This document shows positions 58,215 through 64,000 of a DNA stretch of 64,000 nt, in pieces. The position numbers and the translations under genes are program-made. The stretch spans positions 211,980,001 through 212,044,000 of the forward strand of contig NC_086097.1 of assembly GCF_963921235.1 (NCBI RefSeq), in the 5' to 3' direction. The stretch's first letter is position 1. Each line of letters begins with the position of its first letter. The notes beneath the pieces are model-generated. The model had not been told where the DNA came from and searched no databases. It worked only from the letters and a program-made list of their open reading frames with translations. This DNA is from Mobula hypostoma. Taxonomy: Eukaryota.

Positions 58215-60160
58215 CAGAGAAATTCAGAGTTCAGCAGAGGAGGACAAAGGGCTTAATTAGGAAGGGGAAAAAAGATTATGAGAGAAAACTGGCAGAGAAC
58301 ATAAAAACGGACTGTAAAAGCTTTTATAGATATGTAAAAAGGAAAAGACTGATAAAGACAAATGTAGGTCCCCTGCAAACAGAAACAGGTGAATTGATTA
58401 TGGGGAGCAAGGACATGGCAGACCAATTGAATAATTACTTTGGTTCTGTCTTCACTAAGGAGGACATAAATAATCTTCCAGAAATAGTAAGGGACAGAGG
58501 GTCCAGTGAGATGGAGGAACTGAGCGAAATACATGTTAGTAGGGAAGTGGTGTTAGGTAAATTGAAGGGATTGAAGGCAGATAAATCCCCAGGGCCAGAT
58601 GGTCTGCATCCCAGAGTGCTTAAGGAAGTGGCCCAAGAAATAGTGGATGCATTAGTGATAATTTTTCAAAACTCGTTAGATTCTGGACTAGTTCCTGAGG
58701 ATTGGAGGGTGGCTAATGTAACCCCACTTTTTAAAAAAGGAGGGAGAGAGAAACCGGGGAATTATAGGCCGGTTAGCCTAACGTCGGTGGTGGGGAAACT
58801 GCTGGAGTCAGTTATCAAGGATGTGATAACAGCACATTTGGAAAGCGGTGAAATGATCGGACAAAGTCAGCATGGATTTGTGAAAGGAAAATCATGTCTG
58901 ACGAATCTCATAGAATTTTTTGAGGATGTAACTAGTAGAGTGGATAGGGGAGAACCAGTGGATGTGGTATATTTGGATTTTCAAAAGGCTTTTGACAAGG
59001 TCCCACACAGGAGGTTAGTGTGCAAACTTAAAGCACACGGTATTGGGGGTAAGGTATTGGTGTGGGTGGAGAATTGGTTAGCAGACAGGAAGCAAAGAGT
59101 GGGAATAAACGGGACCTTTTCAGAATGGCAGGCGGTGACTAGTGGGGTACCGCAAGGCTCAGTGCTGGGACCCCAGTTGTTTACAATATATATTAATGAC
59201 TTGGATGAGGGAATTAAATGCAGCATCTCCAAGTTTGCGGATGACACGAAGCTGGGTGGCAGTGTTAGCAGTGAGGAGGATGCTAAGAGGATGCAGGGTG
59301 ACTTGGATAGGTTGGGTGAGTGGGCAAACTCATGGCAGATGCAATTTAATGTGGATAAATGTGAAGTTATCCACTTTGGTGGCAAAAATAGGAAAACAGA
59401 TTATTATCTGAATGGTGGCCGATTAGGAAAAGGGGAGGTGCAACGAGACCTGGGTGTCATTATACACCAGTCATTGAAAGTGGGCATGCAGGTACAGCAG
59501 GCGGTGAAAAAGGCGAACGGTATGCTGGCATTTATAGCGAGAGGATTCGAGTACAGGAGCAGGGAGGTACTACTGCAGTTGTACAAGGCCTTGGTGAGAC
59601 CACACCTGGAGTATTGTGTGCAGTTTTGGTCCCCTAATCTGAGGAAAGACATCTTTGCCATAGAGGGAGTACAAAGAAGGTTCACCAGATTGATTCCTGG
59701 GATGGCAGGTCTTTCATATGAAGAAAGACTGGATGAACTGGGCTTGTACTCATTGGAATTTAGAAGATTGAGGGGGGATCTGATTGAAACGTATAAGATC
59801 CTAAAGGGATTGGACAGGCTAGATGCGGGAAGATTGTTCCCGATGTTGGGGAGGTCTAGAACGAGGTGTCACAGTTTGAGGATAGAGGGGAAGCCTTTTA
59901 GGACTGAGGTTAGGAAAAACTTCTTCACACAGAGAGTGGTGAATCTGTGGAATTCTCTGCCACAGCAAACTGTTGAGGCCAGTTCATTAGCTATGTTTAA
60001 AAAGAAGTTAGATATGGCCCTTGTGGCTACAGGGGTCAGGGGGTATGGAGGGAAGGCTGGGTTCTGAGTTGGATGATCAGCCATGATCATAATAAATGGC
60101 GGTGCAGGCTCGAAGGGCCGAATGGCCTACTCTTGCACCTATTTTCTATGTTTCTATGTT
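58215..60160 (+). mobile_element. Young CR1 LINE, 5'-truncated, with uninterrupted RT reading frame (ORF 58166..60067)
   Basis: More than 600 codons without a stop: [52 protein letters not shown]; (TTTCTATG)n tail; no endonuclease domain. Confidence 0.95.
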
Positions 60161-61949
60161 AATGGAGCTGATAACATCACTTTCCCAGTAGCCATCCCCT
60201 TCAACTTTGTCTTGGAATTTTTCCAGAAAACTGCAAAAGATGTAGGCGGGATATTGTTGCACTCTGTTAGCGTGTGCAGGGGTCTCTAAACTCCCAAGAA
60301 AATCTTTCTACAGCCTGCAAAAGCTAGCTTATATAATGCTTTATTCTTATAGTAAACCATCCTTTTCCAATCTCTTTATGCCACTACGGTACATAGACTC
60401 AGAGGCCTGCAGCTTGGAGACAAAAGTGTTTGATAAAACTTGTGAGGAATCCAAGCAATATTAACAAATCCAACAGGAAATCCAGTTGACGGTGCTTGGT
60501 GCCTTTGGAGGAACTTTTAAATGTACAAGTCACAATGTGGCACCAAGTGTCCGAGTCTCAGACAGTGACGGTGAAGGCCAGTGACACCAGTACTTCCCAG
60601 AATGCTCTCCTTACTGTGAACTCTTAACAATGAACCTCTCTGATACCTGTACACAAACCAGCTATCACACTGGCACAACAAGTAACCGTTATTTGCAACA
60701 ATTCATATTTCACCATTCCACACAAGTTTAAAGAGTTTCAGATCGATAAACGATATCAACTATCAACTTTTATTTGCCCCAAAAATACAACTTAAGGCAA
60801 CATCATTTAAAATAAGCTTTTGCAATCCCTTGGACAAATACGTCTTGACTCGTTAAATCTCTTAATTGCCTCAAATACGTCTTGACTCGCTTAAGTCTCT
60901 TAATTGGTGCCACTTTGTAGCTTCAGCAGAGGTAAACACTACATTCATCCGTGGTAGACTCGTTACGGGGCACAATGTGGAAAATGGACTGCTGAGGATT
61001 TGTGGGTTGCGTACCGTAGTAAAGATAAAGCGAAAAGTAAAGTACTTTGTTCCCGGTTACCCTGTGTTGTTCCTGTCACTAAACCCTCATCGTCCTCATC
61101 ACTTTCAAAGCAAAATGTCTTGTTATGCATTTCACTACGGATCCGTACAATGCTGAAAGTTTTAGGATTGGTGACTGGTTTTTTACCCCCCCCCCATGCT
61201 ACATGTTAAATCCTGCGTTGTATTTATTACCATTTTAGCAGTCGACCTATCAATAACCCATGAAAAAATTACTTCCTGTAAGTCACAAATTTACTTCCCT
61301 GTCTGCGGCCCCTGACTCAGCAGACCCCACCCAACTTTGCGGAACGTCTAGTTACTCTCTCCTGATTGAGGGAACGACCTGACTGGCCCCACTTTTTAAA
61401 GCAAATCTCCCGGTGCCAGACATTGTTATTGCATTCTTCCCTCCCTCTAGTTCTTAGCGAACAATGCTTGATCCTGAAGACAAAATGTTCCCAGGAGATG
61501 GTGGTCTATGGTGTATTTCTTCAAGGAGGCGTTGAACCTTTTTCCCTATCTGCTTTGTGAAAAGAAACAAGATCTGCCAGCTATTAAGCAGGAATGATCA
61601 GCTGTGCACTAAATATTTGTACAATTACATGAGAACAATTACATGCTACTTATATTTAAAGGAGCACACATATCCAATATGTAATATATAAACTTTGTTA
61701 GGGTCCCCAAGCACTTTATGAAGTGACGTGTCGGCAGCATATATGTAATACACAGCGAATCCTACAATCAACAATGGGGTCAAGATCCTTTGATTTGTTT
61801 TATGCGGATACATTACTCATAAGCACCTGATAACTAAAAACGATACTCGGTCGATGATTGCGAAAGTATTTACACTAGAGAGGGATCTGCCTATACTGTT
61901 TCTCCAGCTGTTGAATTAAACAGTGCCATTTACACTCTGAACGTGTTGA

Positions 61950-62800
61950 CATACGACAGGGGGTCCAGCGGCGGACTCTACAGCTTTATTCTGCTTGTTA
62001 AACAACCCACGTCGCAATTCGCCACTGAACCCCCCACTCCCTTCAATAGCTGGTTGCCCAGCGACCGGAGCCGACACCAGTCGTTGCCGGAGCAGCGTGC
62101 GCGTGCCAGTTGCTGCCTGTTTCCGTGACGCGCTTCCTTCCTGCGTCTCGAGTCACGTCACGAGACGGTGCTACAGTCAGACTGAGAGGAGGAAGATTCG
62201 ACGTCGACTCGGTCTGTTCGCTTGTCCGCATTTCAACTCAGGTGAGGCCGTCACCCGCTGTTCTTATTCTACATGAATTTCTGTGTTAATGTGGCGGGGA
62301 TCAGTCGGTTCGGAAAGCAGTCGTACCAAGCGGGGGTCTGGCTGCACGGCGAAAGACAGGGTTAAATAACGCTTTTCCCCTGGCAGCGGGAATTGCGGGC
62401 CTTTAATTTGAGTATGGGGATCCGGCAACCTCCGAACGCGGGGATCCCGGGCGGCTCCTGCCCTAGGCCCGCCGAATGCGGGGGTCCCGGGCTCCTCGCG
62501 GCGCGGCCCGCCCCGCCCCGCTCCGCTCAAGTCGGGGTCCCGGGAATCTCCCGCGCTGCCTCGCCGAATGCGGGGGGTCCTGGCTATCGCTGGCCCCGCT
62601 GTAGGTGGGGTCCCGGGAATCTTCGACAGCGCCAAATGCGGAGTCCCGGTAGCGCCCCCCCCCCCCAAATCAGCCCTACATATCTCTGACGTCACCGGCA
62701 AGGAAGCGGATGCACCGCTATTGCTGCTGCTGTAACTGAACTGAAAGCAATCCGTAAGCGGGCCAGGCCGTACCTGAAGACGCTCATTAAAAGACCAGGG
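61950..62800 (+). promoter_or_regulatory. CpG island, probable promoter and non-coding first exon(s) of a downstream gene
   Basis: Sharp rise in CpG and GC. CRE/ATF-like TGACG (~62126), TCACGTCA (~62153) and perfect TGACGTCA (62687-62694). Donor-like CAG|GTGAGG after 62241 and CC|GTAAGC near 62753. Confidence 0.7.
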
Positions 62801-63318
62801 TTACGGAGAGGGGTAACCTGACAATTGCGGAACATTGCTTAGATAGAGACTATGAGGTAGATAAAGAGGTTATTCACGCTTGTTTGAAACAAAATGTAAA
62901 CAATTTGAGGCTCAAGATGCTGAAGCTTGAGATTTTATCGCGTTTCGCAGTAGCATTGTAGGCTACAGGTAGGACTTGATGAGAAGATATGAATAATAGC
63001 AGCGAGCGAGAGCAACTTGAGTTTGCATTATACGCCAGTTGCAATGTGTAGCGAAGTTATAACCTTAACCTTTATTTGTTTTTCCTGGTTAAAGGATTCA
63101 ATCACTCGTGAAAATAGTGTATGCTTAGTTGTAGCTGGATTTTGAATCTCCCTTGGTTTTGAGGTCATGTTAGGGAAAAGTATTGACCATATTTCCTTCA
63201 ATAGGTAAAATAGATTGTGTTGTCATAAAGCTGTGGCAAATCTACATGTACACTATAATGCAAAATATTTGGGGATTGTTTTAACTTTGGAAGGGGAAGA
63301 GAATATATTAGTACAGGT

Positions 63319-64000
63319 AAACAACAGGAATTCTGCAGATGCTGGAAATTCAAGCAACACACATAAAAGTTGCTGGTGAGCGCAGCAGGTCAGGCAGCAT
63401 CTCTAGGAAGAGGTACATTCGACGTTTCAGGCCGAGACCCTTCGTTAGGACTAACTGAAGGAAGAGTTAGTAAGAGATTTGAAAGTGGGACGGGGAGGGG
63501 GAGATGGAGATCCAAAATGATAGGAACAGACAGGAGGGGGAGGGATGGAGCCAAGAGCTGGACAGGTGATTGGCAAAGGGTATATGAGAGGATCATGGGA
63601 CAGGAGGTCCGGGGAGAAAGACAAGGTGGGGGCGGAAACCCAGAGGATGGGCAAGGGGTATAGTCAGAGGGACAGAGGGAGAAAAAGGAGAGAGAGAGAG
63701 AAAGACTGTATATAAATAAATAACGGATGGGGTACGAGGGGGAGGTGGGGCATTAGCGGAAGTTAGAGAAGTCAATGTTCATGCCATCAGGTTGGAGGCT
63801 ACCCAGACGGAATATAAGGTGTTGTTCCTCCAACCTGAGTGTGCCTTCATCTTTACAGTAGAGGAAGCCATGATAGACGTGTCAGAATGGGAATGGGATG
63901 TGGAATTAAAATGTGTGGCCACTGGGAGATCCCGCTTTCTCTGGCGGACAGAGCGTAGGTGTTCAGCAAAGCGGTCTCCCAGTCTGCATCGGGTCTTGCC
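63319..64000 (-). mobile_element. Penelope-like element 3' end running off the window; hammerhead core mutated
   Basis: Reverse complement of about 29060..29741, including the GIY-YIG C-terminus; the core reads CTAACGA. Confidence 0.9.

Noticed and set aside
58166..60067. 633-aa ORF as a host gene or autonomous LINE
   Set aside because: It is a 5'-truncated CR1 ORF2 lacking the endonuclease and ORF1. The first ~16 codons are flanking DNA.
62264..62701. Pro/Gly/Arg-rich ORFs on both strands
   Set aside because: Expected from stop-poor GC-rich CpG-island DNA; no recognisable domain.
7328..63460. Dispersed ~36-nt repeats as a CRISPR-like array
   Set aside because: Eukaryotic context, no regular spacers, and each copy lies in a retroelement terminus.
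28470..63663. Recurrent ORFs starting [15 protein letters not shown]... or containing [13 protein letters not shown] as a novel small-protein family
   Set aside because: They are chance translations, on either strand, of the non-coding Penelope terminus and hammerhead.

Overview
Repeat-rich vertebrate genomic DNA. A cartilaginous-fish host is my inference from the mix of CR1, Rex1/Babar, Penelope and V-SINE repeats. The only host gene I can assemble is a complete 6-exon cytochrome P450 family-7 gene (CYP7A1-like, + strand, CDS 8308..50203, 1533 nt, 510 aa). Its intron 1 uses a GC-AG splice, and its B'-helix region looks atypical for CYP7A1. A CpG-island promoter of a further, unidentified gene starts near 62 kb. 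The rest is nested mobile DNA: two Gmr1-like Ty3/Gypsy LTR elements (IN-RT-RH order, SCAN-like Gag), solo LTRs, CR1, Rex1/Babar and L1 LINEs, Tc1 and hAT relics, and V-SINEs. There are also about 10 Penelope-like (GIY-YIG, Neptune-type) insertions. The main signal not shown by the ORF track is that the Penelope termini carry minimal type-I hammerhead ribozymes. Several have intact cores and lie in the sense orientation of the CYP7 pre-mRNA, and many insertions are tiny fold-back hairpins whose breakpoints cluster at the ribozyme. All coordinates were read by eye, and no database searches were run.
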